A DNA stretch of 64,000 bases from Cyanidioschyzon merolae (taxonomy: Eukaryota): assembly GCA_000091205.1 (NCBI GenBank), contig AP006499.2; one strand, given 5' to 3'. The notes below the pieces were generated by a model. It saw nothing but the letters and a program-made list of their open reading frames with translations, searched no databases and was not told the origin of the DNA. How positions within the stretch are numbered: position 1 is the first letter of the stretch; each line of letters starts with the position of its first letter. Positions 53,764 through 64,000 of this stretch are shown piece after piece. Both the position numbers and the translations under genes were made by a program.

Positions 53764-56151
53764 ATTAAAGTTTGAGCGGTTTTCCGACTACCATTGAAGC
53801 CAGCCCTTGGAAGATTTGTCTGCGGCAGCTCCCTTTTCGTCTCGCTTGTCTGCAGCTTTGGATACGCGAGTCTATCCGAATTCCGCGTGGTAATTTGTCA
53901 GCATTCGAGCCATGTTATGGGCTACGTTATCGTCGGGATTTCGCAGTTTCCGGCCGACGCTCGTGCATTTGATCCATGCGCGATCGTTGCGGTCTATATT
54001 TCGCTTGCCATCTCTATGGACTCTGTAAACAGCCTCGGTGCACGCTTCGCAGCGGTGACTCTTGATTGTGGTGAGGAGTTCGCGGATGTAGACGACACGA
54101 GCTTCCCGAAACGCAGCGCTACAGCGCGTGAACGCGTGGTTTATCGCTCCGTACATGCCCTTGACGGGTACAGAGCGCTCCGCTGGATACCCGGCTCCGA
54201 TTCCGCGCCCGGTATCGTACGCTGCGATTATCGACGTCCATCGGGCGATCGCTCGGCGAGCACTCTATCGGCTACAGGTGCGAGCGCACGCTGTTCCATT
54301 CGATAGAGGATCTGTTGAACGCGACCTTGATCATGATGAAACAAGTACTGGATGGGGAATCCTGTCTCGTGATCAAGTCGGGACATTTAGATACGTGTAT
54401 GCTCTCTTCGTCCAAATATGTTTGGGCATTGTCCAACCGAAGCGATCGCTGCGTTGACCCAAGCCCATGTGCAAAATCCTTTTCTATGCAAGTAGAAGAA
54501 GAGATTGGAGCCCATAGAACCAAATCCTGTGAGAGGTATCCTGTCACTGTCGAATGGAGTATCGTCTATTGTCACGAAGAGAAGGATTTATTTTTGAAAC
54601 GTAATGGAAAATTTGACGTGGCAAGTTCAGTAAACTTGCTGCATGAGCACGTGATCAAGTCGTCAAAGCACGACATCGAGGACGCTTCCTTGCCAATCCA
54701 GAGGCGTGAGTCGCTGCGCTCACGAGTTACCTTGAAACCGAAAGATCGAAAACTTGAAGGATGCGAATTTTGGGCGTGCTCCATGTAAGAAAAGGAGAAG
54801 AACGGATGCTTTTGCGCAAGCATTGGATATCGATATCGGTTATTATGTGAGCATTTGTTCGAGGGCCCTGCGAAGAATCTTGACTCCGGTCACGCAACGA
54901 ATTCCAGCAGCATAGAGTCGAAAGCGCGACTCCGAAACCGCGGCTGGGGAACCGAAAAGCTACATATAAATCCATAAGCCGTTTTGACTGCACTTTGAAT
55001 CTCAAGGTTATGCATCTGTCGAAAATCTCGAAAGTAGATCGGGAACCAGGAGCGGAGCCAGCGCTTCAGTGTCCGATTTCAATCGGAGTTCAGCATAGGC
55101 CTCGATGCTGTGCGCACATGCACGAGAATCCGTTTCGTCTCGAAGAACTTCGAGCTTCAAAGATGCGAGCTCAGCAGTTTTGCCACGATGCGTCCGTCCC
55201 ACGATGACGAAACGCAGGCATGATCGTCTGTTACCGCATCGCCGACAAGTGTTTTACGGCATCTCGATTGCATGCATTGCAGAGAGAGTCTGCTGGAATC
55301 GTTCCATGCAAAGCAGTAAACAAGCGAGCGTGAAGATCCATGCAGGCATTCGCATGCGGCGGCTGTCGTATGCCACTGATTTCCGTATCATCGCCGTGCC
55401 ACGATGCTATGCGTTGTCGTATGCATGACCCTCGCCATGCATTCGATACGCTATAAGTTGGTACCCGAACAGACGTCTGCATGCATGCTCGCATAGCGTC
55501 AGAATCATCATGCCTTTCTTTTGGAGTGACCAAAAATCCCGCGCTGTGAGCCCCGGGACGCACGCTTTCTGCAATGCACACCTCTCGCCAGCCATCAAGC
55601 GCTCCGGTTCAGCGACCGAGTGCGTGACCCGCACACGACGCCGACTTTTATCCTCACAAGGCCTGCTGCTGCACGCAGAACCTGGGCACAGAACGGGTGC
55701 AGCGCCCTGATCAACAACATGAACATTTCCCCAGCAGTATCTGCTGATACCTGGGCAATTCCGGCGGAAGTACAAAGCGCGAGACCATGCACTCGAAGCA
55801 GATACGGTGCACATTGCACAGACGATCGTGCACGAATTAACAGACATTTCTGGGGGAGCACCATAGGCGTCGTTCGAGCGACCACATTGCACAATAAACA
55901 CCCCAGTCTGATAACAGCTCACTCGAGCCATTATCCCGCGTCATGACGAGCGCTCCCCACGATTCACGGAAAGTTGACCCTGGCCAATACCATTGAGCGT
56001 AAGCGCCTGGGTCGTACTGAATCGATGAATCAAATCGGACACCCAGGAATGCACGATTCCAGAAGCGATTGCGCGGGTGCGTGCAGTGGCGCGCCAACGA
56101 CCTCGACTAGAACTTTGGAACGCGTTTTTGCCTATGGTGCTTGCTGCGTGA

Positions 56152-57315
56152 GTGAAAGCGCATAGAGCGTGCAGAAGCGTTTGCCTGGCGCGTAACAGTT
56201 GTCGCTCTATGCCGACGACCCGTGAAGCACACGACGGCAGTTCCGGTTGCACGGAACAGGCTAGTCAGCGCGTAAAACGCTTAAGAGCCGCACTTCGCGA
56301 GCACTCGACGGCAATTGATGCAGTGAAGGACACTGTTGATGCACAGAAACTGCAGGAGTTTCTCGATCGGAATGATGAGCTTTCAGTGGACGTCGAGGAT
56401 GCGGTGGCGCAAGGTCTTCTGTCTGAAGCGTACCTCAAAATCACGCTACTGGAGCGAGCGTTGGTCGCAAAAGTGAAGACTGGGTTGAGGGTGCTCGATT
56501 CGGACGCTTTTCTTGAGCGTCTGCGAACAAAGTGGTCAGTTTCTCGGCAGCACGGCGTGCCGACTCGAGACACTTACGCTTCCGGAGTGACACTCGCGGA
56601 AAGCATAACCACAGTGCCCGAAACTAGCGAACCCGAGCGCCCGTCAGAACAGGCAGCTGCGAACCTCCGTGACGCCAGCACCGGTGACCTCGTTGTCGAT
56701 TTGGACGCGCTCGGCAAGCGATTCTATCGGTTTTTTCGAACCGCGCCTGCGCCAACTTTCATGTTTGGACTGGTAAACCTCTCAACCGAGACGGCGTCGA
56801 ATGTTTCAAGTGTTGAACAAACACCTGTTGTACGCGAACGCGCGGCCCGTGAGCGAACCGTTGTTGCTGCCACCGAACGCGCCGAACAGGTCTCGCTCAA
56901 TGACGTCCAGGAGCAGGTTCGTACGGACGTTGCAGTGAAGCAGATGTTCGATTTCTTAGAAGAACATGGCCCTATTGAGTTGTACGACCTTGTACTCGAT
57001 ACGAGCAGCTTCGGACGAACGATTGAGAACCTGTTTCACCTTTCGTTTTTGATTCGTGATGGAAGGGTAGAGTTGTGGCGTGAACATGATCAGTATATGG
57101 TGAGGCCACTGCATCGCCACGGCCAAAGTCTGGCTCGCACCGGACAGGAACCTGCGCCTGGTACAGCGGGAGCGGAGCTAGTCGCAGGCAAGCAAGCCAT
57201 CTTCCGATTCGATTGGCAAGATTGGAGTGAACTTTGCATGCAACGACATGGGAAACGAACGCTCCAACCGGGAACGAGCCCGAACCCGAGTCACAGTAGC
57301 ATCGCTGCATTGTAA
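56152..57315 (+). CDS. NSE4: Non-SMC element 4 (Nse4/EID3-like), the kleisin subunit of the SMC5/6 complex.
   Basis: C-terminal IELYDLVLDTSSFGRTIENLFHLSFLIRDGRVEL matches the conserved Nse4_C motif (SFsqTVENlFxlSFLvkdG). Confidence 0.6.
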   Translation: MKAHRACRSVCLARNSCRSMPTTREAHDGSSGCTEQASQRVKRLRAALREHSTAIDAVKDTVDAQKLQEFLDRNDELSVDVEDAVAQGLLSEAYLKITLLERALVAKVKTGLRVLDSDAFLERLRTKWSVSRQHGVPTRDTYASGVTLAESITTVPETSEPERPSEQAAANLRDASTGDLVVDLDALGKRFYRFFRTAPAPTFMFGLVNLSTETASNVSSVEQTPVVRERAARERTVVAATERAEQVSLNDVQEQVRTDVAVKQMFDFLEEHGPIELYDLVLDTSSFGRTIENLFHLSFLIRDGRVELWREHDQYMVRPLHRHGQSLARTGQEPAPGTAGAELVAGKQAIFRFDWQDWSELCMQRHGKRTLQPGTSPNPSHSSIAAL

Positions 57316-58859
57316 CTGCGTTCACTATGAAACAAAGCGCAGCGTTTTTGTGATGTGAGATCGATGCGTTTGGCAAGATTCTCCCGGGATACGCGCATCG
57401 TCCGGGTAACATCTAATCATTCGCAGATGATAGCGTTTGGCGCTTACGAAGCCCCGCAGCGCATCGACGACTCCGATCCACGTGAGGCACTCGGGTAGCG
57501 CGGCAGTGGGGTGCTTGGTGTGCATGTCGCGCTGCAGCAACGCGCAGAGCAGGAAGCATTCCGAGTTTTACCCGATTCTCGCAACAAAAGTCGGTTCTGT
57601 TGCGGACCGAGTCGCTCTTGTCAGTGCTGAAACAATGCGGAGCACGCAGTGATTTGTGGGGCTTTGAAACATCAAGATAATTCTTGCCGTTTAGTTAGAG
57701 CCGGGGAATCGTATTTTTGGTACAGAAGCGCCCTGCGAGATTCCCTGGCGAGGCTCATCGATTGCCATGTGTTGAGCAGGGCTATGCGATTGGCTTTTGG
57801 ATTGTTTCACACTACGACAATACAACGTATGTTCGCTCTAGCTCAGAATCTGATCCAAAAAACAGTCATTTTCACGGAGCTGCACCGAGCTTTATGCTAA
57901 ACTTTTTCGCTCTTCTGGGAACGGTTGCTCACATCCTGCTTGCGATCAGGCCTGCATCTTCTTCGCTTCCGAGGCGTGAAGCAGACAATGCGGCTCATGC
58001 GAGAAAGCGCCAGCAATGCAGAGATCAAACATTGGGCCACTGCCTTCAAATAACAGCTTTCCCGGGGTCCGTGGCGGTTTCAGGGCACCGTTTGCTGCAC
58101 TATGATCCAGCAGAACCACAAAAGAATGCGACTTGTGCGAAGCACACTGACCAGGGCTGAAATCTGTGGCCCCCGCTGGCTTGCACAACCAGCGACTTGC
58201 GAACGACTCCGCGGCTCCAGACGCTGAACGCGTACCCGTGGATGACGTGGACGCTGCCAGCACAGCAGGCTACGGCATGCGCGCTGATGTCGGACACTTG
58301 TCAAGTAACGTTAGACGGGATGAACACAGCAACTCGTCTTGGTCCGTGCATTGCGGATGCCGTGATAACAATCTGCAGACCAGGCGGCAGGGACGGGCCC
58401 TGGTTCGTGTAGGGCGGGGTTATCTTCGACCAAGCATGCTTCCATGACAGCGGGTGCGAGTCAGGCGCCCCTCCAGCGAGACTGCTTTCGGTGTGTCGCG
58501 TGTAATGCGTTATCTGATCTGGATCTCAGGTCCAAGACGCTTCGCATTCAGTCGAGGACTGGTATGCTCCATGTACGTAGTATGATCCATATTCTGGTAA
58601 AGGAGCAACGAACCGTCTCAGTCTCTTCGTACATGATCATCAGTTTCTGGGATAGATGCTTGTGCTTTTCTGAAGGAGCATTTTATCTGAAAGCTACCAA
58701 CGATGAGTGTACCGAGTACAAGCGGATGCGACACAGCACAAAAACTCCATGCACCAGCCCATCGTCCATGTATGTTCATTCCTGCAGAACCCTGCTTCTC
58801 GATGAAGACGTCAAGATCCGCCGGAGCGATCCGAGCTGCAAGATGCCCATGAACACCAT

Positions 58860-59879
58860 TTGAGCAGAATCAAAACTCCGAGGTATCGTCGCATTTGTCT
58901 ATTTACCATCAACACAGCCAGTTTCGGTGTGCGCGACAATGGTTTCGCCTCCGCGTTGACGGCTGCTAGCTCTGGCGTAGTGAGTGTGTCTTTTTGGTCT
59001 AGATGTTGCCAGGGTACAGGCAGTGAACACTCCACAGGACAGCGTCAGACAGGTTCCCTTTTGCATCTGCGGTACTCAATACGACATGGGACCAATGGGT
59101 ACCAATGGGTACCAATACGGAGGCGATATACAGCCCAGAGGGCACGGTCAAGTCAAACCGATCGGTCGCGTACGATGATATCAAGCATACTCGGTGAATG
59201 GGTACCAATATGGAGGCGAGATACAGCCCAGAGGGCACGGTCAAGTCAAACCGATCGGTCGCGTACGATGATATCAAGCATACTCGGTGAATGGGTACCA
59301 ATATGGAGGCGAGATACAGCCCAGAGGGCACGGTCAAGTCAAACCGATCGGTTGCGTGCGATGATATCAAGCATACTCGGTGAATGGGTACCAATATGGA
59401 GGCGAGATACAGCCCAGAGGGCACGGTCAAGTCAAACCGATCGGTCGCGTACGATGCTATCAAGCATACTGCCTGGCCAGCTCACGCTGTCGCTCTATGA
59501 CGCGTCGCCACCAGCGCATTTCTGCCGCGGCACTCTTGCAAGGCGGAAAGACGCGAAGCTCATCAACGATGCAAATACAGTTACCCTCATGCCAGTTCAC
59601 CCGACCAGAGCAATACAGTACGACTCCAGTTTGCAGAGCACTCCGAGTCCCTTGCTTCCAGTCACCCGCGCCTTGGAGCATACCTTCGGGAGAGTTCCAG
59701 CACTGAGCCTTCGCGACTCCCGTTCCGTCGTCGATAGCGAGACGTATACAGGCACGCGAAAACTTTATTTCCCTAACGATTCCGAGCAGACACACACGCG
59801 TGATATGCAGAAGCGTCAGCGTGAGTTTCCAGGCTGGTACCCACTCATCGGTGCCGTCGTCGCTGGCTTCCGGTGTTAG
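58860..59879 (+). CDS. Hypothetical ORF spanning the 93-bp minisatellite. It encodes 31-aa tandem repeats (GEWVPIWRRDTAQRARSSQTDRSRTMISSIL, four copies). Its coding status is uncertain.
   Basis: The repeat unit is a multiple of 3 and keeps several frames open on both strands, so the long ORF may be an artefact of the repeat. Confidence 0.25.
   Translation: MSRIKTPRYRRICLFTINTASFGVRDNGFASALTAASSGVVSVSFWSRCCQGTGSEHSTGQRQTGSLLHLRYSIRHGTNGYQWVPIRRRYTAQRARSSQTDRSRTMISSILGEWVPIWRRDTAQRARSSQTDRSRTMISSILGEWVPIWRRDTAQRARSSQTDRLRAMISSILGEWVPIWRRDTAQRARSSQTDRSRTMLSSILPGQLTLSLYDASPPAHFCRGTLARRKDAKLINDANTVTLMPVHPTRAIQYDSSLQSTPSPLLPVTRALEHTFGRVPALSLRDSRSVVDSETYTGTRKLYFPNDSEQTHTRDMQKRQREFPGWYPLIGAVVAGFRC
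59087..59472. repeat. Minisatellite: four 93-bp units preceded by three 10-bp gggtaccaat repeats.
   Basis: Units start at about 59107, 59200, 59293 and 59386. The unit ends ...gtcgcgtacgatgatatcaagcatactcggtgaat. Confidence 0.85.
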
Positions 59880-61103
59880 TCGACTGTCCCAGCGCGGGAT
59901 TGGTAGTATAGCCAAGTCGCGTACCGGCTCCAGCGCGGGAGCATCCTTTGCAGGCTGTAAAGGCTGCCGGACAGCTTTATAAAGTTGGACAGCGAATACT
60001 TCAACCGCGCTGCTTAAAACCGGCAAGTTCCTGTGGTATCCCCAGTTGAGCCGGCGCTCAAACATAACGGCTACAACAGCCGCTATCCCGGTTCGAATCA
60101 GAACGCACCTAGTGAACGTCAAGCTCACATAGGCACTTGCGTTTCCGGGTCAAAGTTGAGTTTAGAGTCGAGCGCTCCGTAAGACGACGGCTTTTCGTCG
60201 CCGTGTGCGTGGCGACTCGGCGTAACGATGTCGTGCGCTGTACGAAAAGCACGAGCAGCAGCAGCAGCGCTCACGCCCGACACTCTCAGCGGTGGTAAGG
60301 CGAAGCGGTTCTGTTTATGCGTTGCTTCCGCACCGGCGTTGCAGATGACGTTGCGTACGCTCACTGCAGGCACTCGGCACACGATAGACAGTACGACTTG
60401 AACAGTATCTCCCATACGGAGCACTTGTGGTACCGGGTGGAGCTTGAAAGTAGAGTGGAAAATGATAGACGTTCTCCAATATGCCGGTTTCCTATCCTGC
60501 ACAACCGGAGATCTCTGGTCAGCGTAAACCCACTGTCGATCGAAGTACTCCATTCGAGGGCCGCATCTTGGCGGATGGACGCACCAGATGTTTTGGCATC
60601 CGCCAGATACACCACTGCAGCAAACGAACAGCGTGTAGGGACATGACTGCATCGGCAAGCGCTTTCATGTTCCATGGAATTCAGTCCAGAGATCCTCTAC
60701 GCACCAACATCCTTACCAGTCCAACGAGCTTTGCAGCGCAGAGCATACCGCAGGTGCGTGATCGGCAGTCGTTTGCGCCCCAGCAAATATCCAACGGCAG
60801 CTGGACGGCTCGACGGTGCCTCTGGCGGTCGCAAATCGACGCCTGGGCAAAGCGACACAAACCCCATCACACAACCGTATAGGGCGTCAAAAAGCTACAC
60901 AAAAAATGCATCTGCGAGCAGGTCCAGCAGCGCAACGTCACCGCGGATGGCAAGCGGCGATCAGCGCATGAGGCAGGCGCGCTACGCACACCCACTGTCG
61001 CGTGACCTGCTCGAGAAGCGCAACGCAGTGGAGACGCTGCACGCGGAGCACGGACCCGTCGATCCCTCAGATCCGTGGAACGCTGCGCCTAGGGAGCTTC
61101 ACG

Positions 61104-61488
61104 CAGAGCCGCCACAACCTCCCGATTCTTTCTCTTCGATAGAAAGGTCATTCAGACCAGGAATCAGTAACGATGCGATGGATATCGCATATGCGTGATC
61201 AGAGCCGCCACAACCTCCCGATTCTTTCTCTTCGATAGAAAGGTCATTCAGACCAGGAATCAGTAACGATGCGATGGATATCGCATATGCGTGATCAGAG
61301 CCGCCACAACCTCCCGATTCTTTCTCTTCGATAGAAAGGTCATTCAGACCAGGAATCAGTAACGATGCGATGGATATCGCATATGCGTGATCAGAGCCGC
61401 CACAACCTCCCGATTCTTTCTCTTCGATAGAAAGGTCATTCAGACCAGGAATCAGTAACGATGCGATGGATATCGCATATGCGTGATC
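61104..61488. repeat. Minisatellite: four 96-bp units. Unit: gagccgccacaacctcccgattctttctcttcgatagaaaggtcattcagaccaggaatcagtaacgatgcgatggatatcgcatatgcgtgatca.
   Basis: Units start at about 61106, 61202, 61298 and 61394 and are near-identical. It lies immediately upstream of, and overlaps, the 5' end of the 803-aa ORF. Confidence 0.85.
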
Positions 61489-63894
61489 CGCGTTGCAATA
61501 CGTATGCGAGCGGCAGCTCCCGAGGCAGTGCGCTGCGAATCGCAAGCCGCGCGCTGCCCTGCAGCGATGCGCGCGAAAAATCGCCTCCAGGAACGGCGCG
61601 CGCCGCGGCGTCGATCGCGCATCGCATTGGGTGCTGCTTGCGGCACGAGACGGTGCTTTCGGCTGCTGCAAGTGTCGTACGTACCTCATATGGATGTGAG
61701 CGGGAACGGGTTATTGATGCCTCGTAACCTGCAAGTTCGTCGTAGCGACGGTAGGGTGTTGTCTGTACGTATCCGCGAGGCATCATTGGGTGAAGAAGCG
61801 AACCTGCACTTCGGTAAGCTAGAGGCTGCAGTCGCTTGCCCGGTGGCAGGTGTTCATGAGGCGTCCAGCTGGACACGTGAGCCAGTATGCAGAACAAATC
61901 GGCAGTCGAGCAACAATGTCGACCACGAGGTGTCACAATCTGGGCTGAGCCTGGCTGATAAAGCTGCTACAGTCAACGGGATGCTCTGGTCAGACGCGCA
62001 TGCTCCCAAAGCGTATACCGAGTTGCTCGGCGATGATCGAATGCACCGGGAGTTGTTGCGCTGGCTGGTCAGCTGGTCGCAGTATCGGGACGTACGCAGC
62101 ACCTCGGGAGCATCCTTTCGGAACGGGACCGGTGCTTGTCGTCGGTTCACCGCGCCGTTGACACCCTTAGCGGTGTTGGCCGGTCCGCCCGCATCCTGCA
62201 AAACGGCGTGTGTGCGTGTTCTCGCTGAGCGGGCTGGTCTGGAAATGTGGGAGCCCCATATGCTGTTTAGAGACGGGTTGAACTGTGCAGAAAATCGATT
62301 TGCAGAGGTACTCGGGAGTGCTTCGCTACGAACAGGGCGACCAAGGCTGGTAGTTGTCGACGAGGGCGTTTTACCCGCAGAAGCCTTTGCCTCTCTGAAA
62401 CGAAGCGCCGGGAACGCTTCCGCCAACACCATCCACTGGTCGGATGTTCTTGTTCGCGTAGCGCTCACGTTGAAAAGCGTACCTGTTCTCTTCGTTCTCG
62501 ACGATGCTCACTGCCGTGAGGCCCGCATCCTCCGTGCGCAGGGAGCTGTCATTTTCACTTGCAGCCGCCCCGGTTTGCAGCCGCTCAAGAGACGTCTAGA
62601 GCAGGTTACGCGTCACTGTGGCTTGAAATTCGCCGAATCCGCCTTTCTTGAGCATCTTGCACTGGCACTTAACTGCGATATTCGAGCATGCCTGAACCAA
62701 CTCCAGCTTATTGGTGCCTGTCAATGGTCTGATGGCCTGTGGTCCACCATTGGCCTGCGTGATGCACCGGGGCCTCTGCGAGAGCAATGCTCGCAAATAT
62801 TCCGGGTGAGCGCGCGTCCAGCGTCCTATATGGTTCAGACGGGAGCCGGTGGCGTTCGTAACCGAGCGACCGGAACTGCGTCCGACGATTCTGAACGGGA
62901 TATTCCGCACCGACCAGCGTTCGGGGCATCTCAGAGCCCAGATCTCTGGAAACGACAGCATTTTCTCAGCGGTGAAATTCGCGATTATCTCGACATGTGT
63001 TTCGAGAACTATCTGGCGGTGGTGCCCTTCGATCCGCTGATGCGTCGCTGCAGCGCTGCAGTCGACTGGCACAGTTGTATCGATTCGATGATCCACAACG
63101 AGCTGGTGGACTCGATGGTGCTGGAAACGCTCGGCCTTGCTGCCCTGCAATCGTACCGTTACCATTGCGGGCGATCGACTGCACCCGTACCACACTCGCT
63201 CAAACTGGCCCGTTTCGGGTGCCTCGACGCCAACTCCCCGATGCATACGCGAAACCGCGACATCATAGAGCGATATCGACAGGCGCTTATCGAAGATTCA
63301 AGCAACGCTTCTGTACGGCAAGCATATGCGCTATCTCTGCGGCGCGAGGGCGTTCTCGTTTTCATACCGTTGCTTGTTGTCACGATGCAAGCGATCGTGG
63401 AAGCGACAGTCGCGGAAAAAGGCGCACGGCGCGCGGAGCTGCTCCGGCACCTAGGAAAGCAACTGTCGAGCTACGCGCTACGTTGGGCGGCGGATGACGA
63501 TTCGCAGGCCAACATTGCACCAGAAGCGCCATCAGGTGCTCGCCGGTGGAATGCTCTTCCGCTTGAACCAGCGATCGCTGACCTATGCATCATGCAAAGC
63601 GCTTCGTATCCGGAATGCAAACGGGAAGGCGTGCGAGCGCTTCAACGACAGTTCGGCGTGCTACTCAGGAACTGCGCTGGGCAACGGGTGCGGTCCGCTC
63701 GGAACGTCGCACTGCGCGGAAACGCACTCCACCACCACGCTGCGCATCCTCTGAGTTTACCGGTGAAACGCGACGCTAGGATATCGGAGCTTCGATCGCA
63801 TTCAGATGGCATCCAGTGCATCGTCCGTTACCAGTATCGCGAAGGGCACACGAACGCGGTCTTGCGTCCGTGTCTGATCGAGGATTTGCTATAA
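61483..63894 (+). CDS. RFC-like clamp-loader family protein (Rad17/Rad24-, Ctf18- or Elg1-like) with a degenerate Walker A motif. The true start is probably downstream of 61483.
   Basis: NGMLWSDAHAPKAYTELLGDDRMHRELLRWLVSW...LAVLAGPPASCKTACVRVLAERAGLEMWEP follows the Rad17/RFC large-subunit pattern (LW.eKy.P....EL......v..WL...lLL.GPpGcGKT). The listed ORF start lies inside the minisatellite. Confidence 0.5.
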   Translation: MIRVAIRMRAAAPEAVRCESQAARCPAAMRAKNRLQERRAPRRRSRIALGAACGTRRCFRLLQVSYVPHMDVSGNGLLMPRNLQVRRSDGRVLSVRIREASLGEEANLHFGKLEAAVACPVAGVHEASSWTREPVCRTNRQSSNNVDHEVSQSGLSLADKAATVNGMLWSDAHAPKAYTELLGDDRMHRELLRWLVSWSQYRDVRSTSGASFRNGTGACRRFTAPLTPLAVLAGPPASCKTACVRVLAERAGLEMWEPHMLFRDGLNCAENRFAEVLGSASLRTGRPRLVVVDEGVLPAEAFASLKRSAGNASANTIHWSDVLVRVALTLKSVPVLFVLDDAHCREARILRAQGAVIFTCSRPGLQPLKRRLEQVTRHCGLKFAESAFLEHLALALNCDIRACLNQLQLIGACQWSDGLWSTIGLRDAPGPLREQCSQIFRVSARPASYMVQTGAGGVRNRATGTASDDSERDIPHRPAFGASQSPDLWKRQHFLSGEIRDYLDMCFENYLAVVPFDPLMRRCSAAVDWHSCIDSMIHNELVDSMVLETLGLAALQSYRYHCGRSTAPVPHSLKLARFGCLDANSPMHTRNRDIIERYRQALIEDSSNASVRQAYALSLRREGVLVFIPLLVVTMQAIVEATVAEKGARRAELLRHLGKQLSSYALRWAADDDSQANIAPEAPSGARRWNALPLEPAIADLCIMQSASYPECKREGVRALQRQFGVLLRNCAGQRVRSARNVALRGNALHHHAAHPLSLPVKRDARISELRSHSDGIQCIVRYQYREGHTNAVLRPCLIEDLL

Positions 63895-64000
63895 CACCAG
63901 AAAAGTCCAGATGTTTTTCCAATACGTATGATTTGTAGCTGGTTCGTCGCTCTCACAAAATGTATGCAAACGTGATGGGGCATCCAGTACGCGTCGTTGC

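Noticed and set aside
60060-60110. A GGTTCGAATC box resembling a tRNA T-arm / B-box.
   Set aside because: The flanking sequence cannot form the T-stem (ccggg would need a cagaa partner), and I found no acceptor or anticodon arm arrangement. It is probably a chance match.
60125-60658. 177-aa minus-strand ORF with a Cys/Trp-rich N-terminus (WCVHPPRCGPRMEYFDRQW), which I tried to match to MsrB, Yippee or zinc-ribbon families.
   Set aside because: I could not recognise a convincing motif arrangement, so it is left uncalled.
48583-61488. The tandem repeat arrays as a possible CRISPR locus.
   Set aside because: The units are directly contiguous with no unique spacers, the context is eukaryotic, and the unit lengths (74, 93 and 96 bp) do not fit CRISPR repeat-spacer architecture.

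Overview
This window reads as nuclear DNA from a compact, apparently intron-poor, photosynthetic eukaryote (about 55% GC). That is an inference from long uninterrupted ORFs and from gene content, which includes a nuclear-encoded cytochrome b6-f Rieske protein (PetC), a cyanobacterial-type sulfate-binding protein, triosephosphate isomerase with an N-terminal extension, Tousled-like kinase, Vps36, SmF, Nse4, ALG9, an ATM1-type ABCB transporter, a Brix protein and organellar ribosomal protein uS9.

The ORF track accepts GTG and TTG starts, so several listed starts are too far upstream; I have refined those where an in-frame ATG matched the expected N-terminus.

The most unusual content is a family of four copies of an element encoding a TnpB/Fanzor-like (OMEGA-type RNA-guided nuclease) protein.
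- Copy 1 (about 20.3-21.9 kb) is near full length. It carries a RuvC-I-like motif (VVHADPGNTNIITIAAP) and a RuvC-III motif (NRDFNAAVNIRR), and its frame is interrupted only by three in-frame stop codons (TAA, TAG, TGA), with no frameshifts.
- Copies 2, 3 and 4 (about 35.3-36.4 kb, 41.2-41.9 kb, and 14.45-14.9 kb on the minus strand) are truncated.
- Copies 1, 3 and 4 share a conserved non-coding 3' tail of about 110-130 bp; the diverged copy 2 retains only a similar tail fragment. This is a candidate omega-RNA scaffold.

Other findings:
- An unclassified dispersed repeat family (5.4-6.3 kb and 19.3-19.9 kb).
- A gene-poor, TE-rich block at 11-16 kb.
- Three minisatellites with unit lengths of 74, 93 and 96 bp.
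- A candidate twin-Cx9C small protein.
- Tightly packed divergent and convergent gene pairs.

All functional calls rest on motif recognition in the translated ORFs. No database search was run, and hand-derived coordinates may be off by a few bases.
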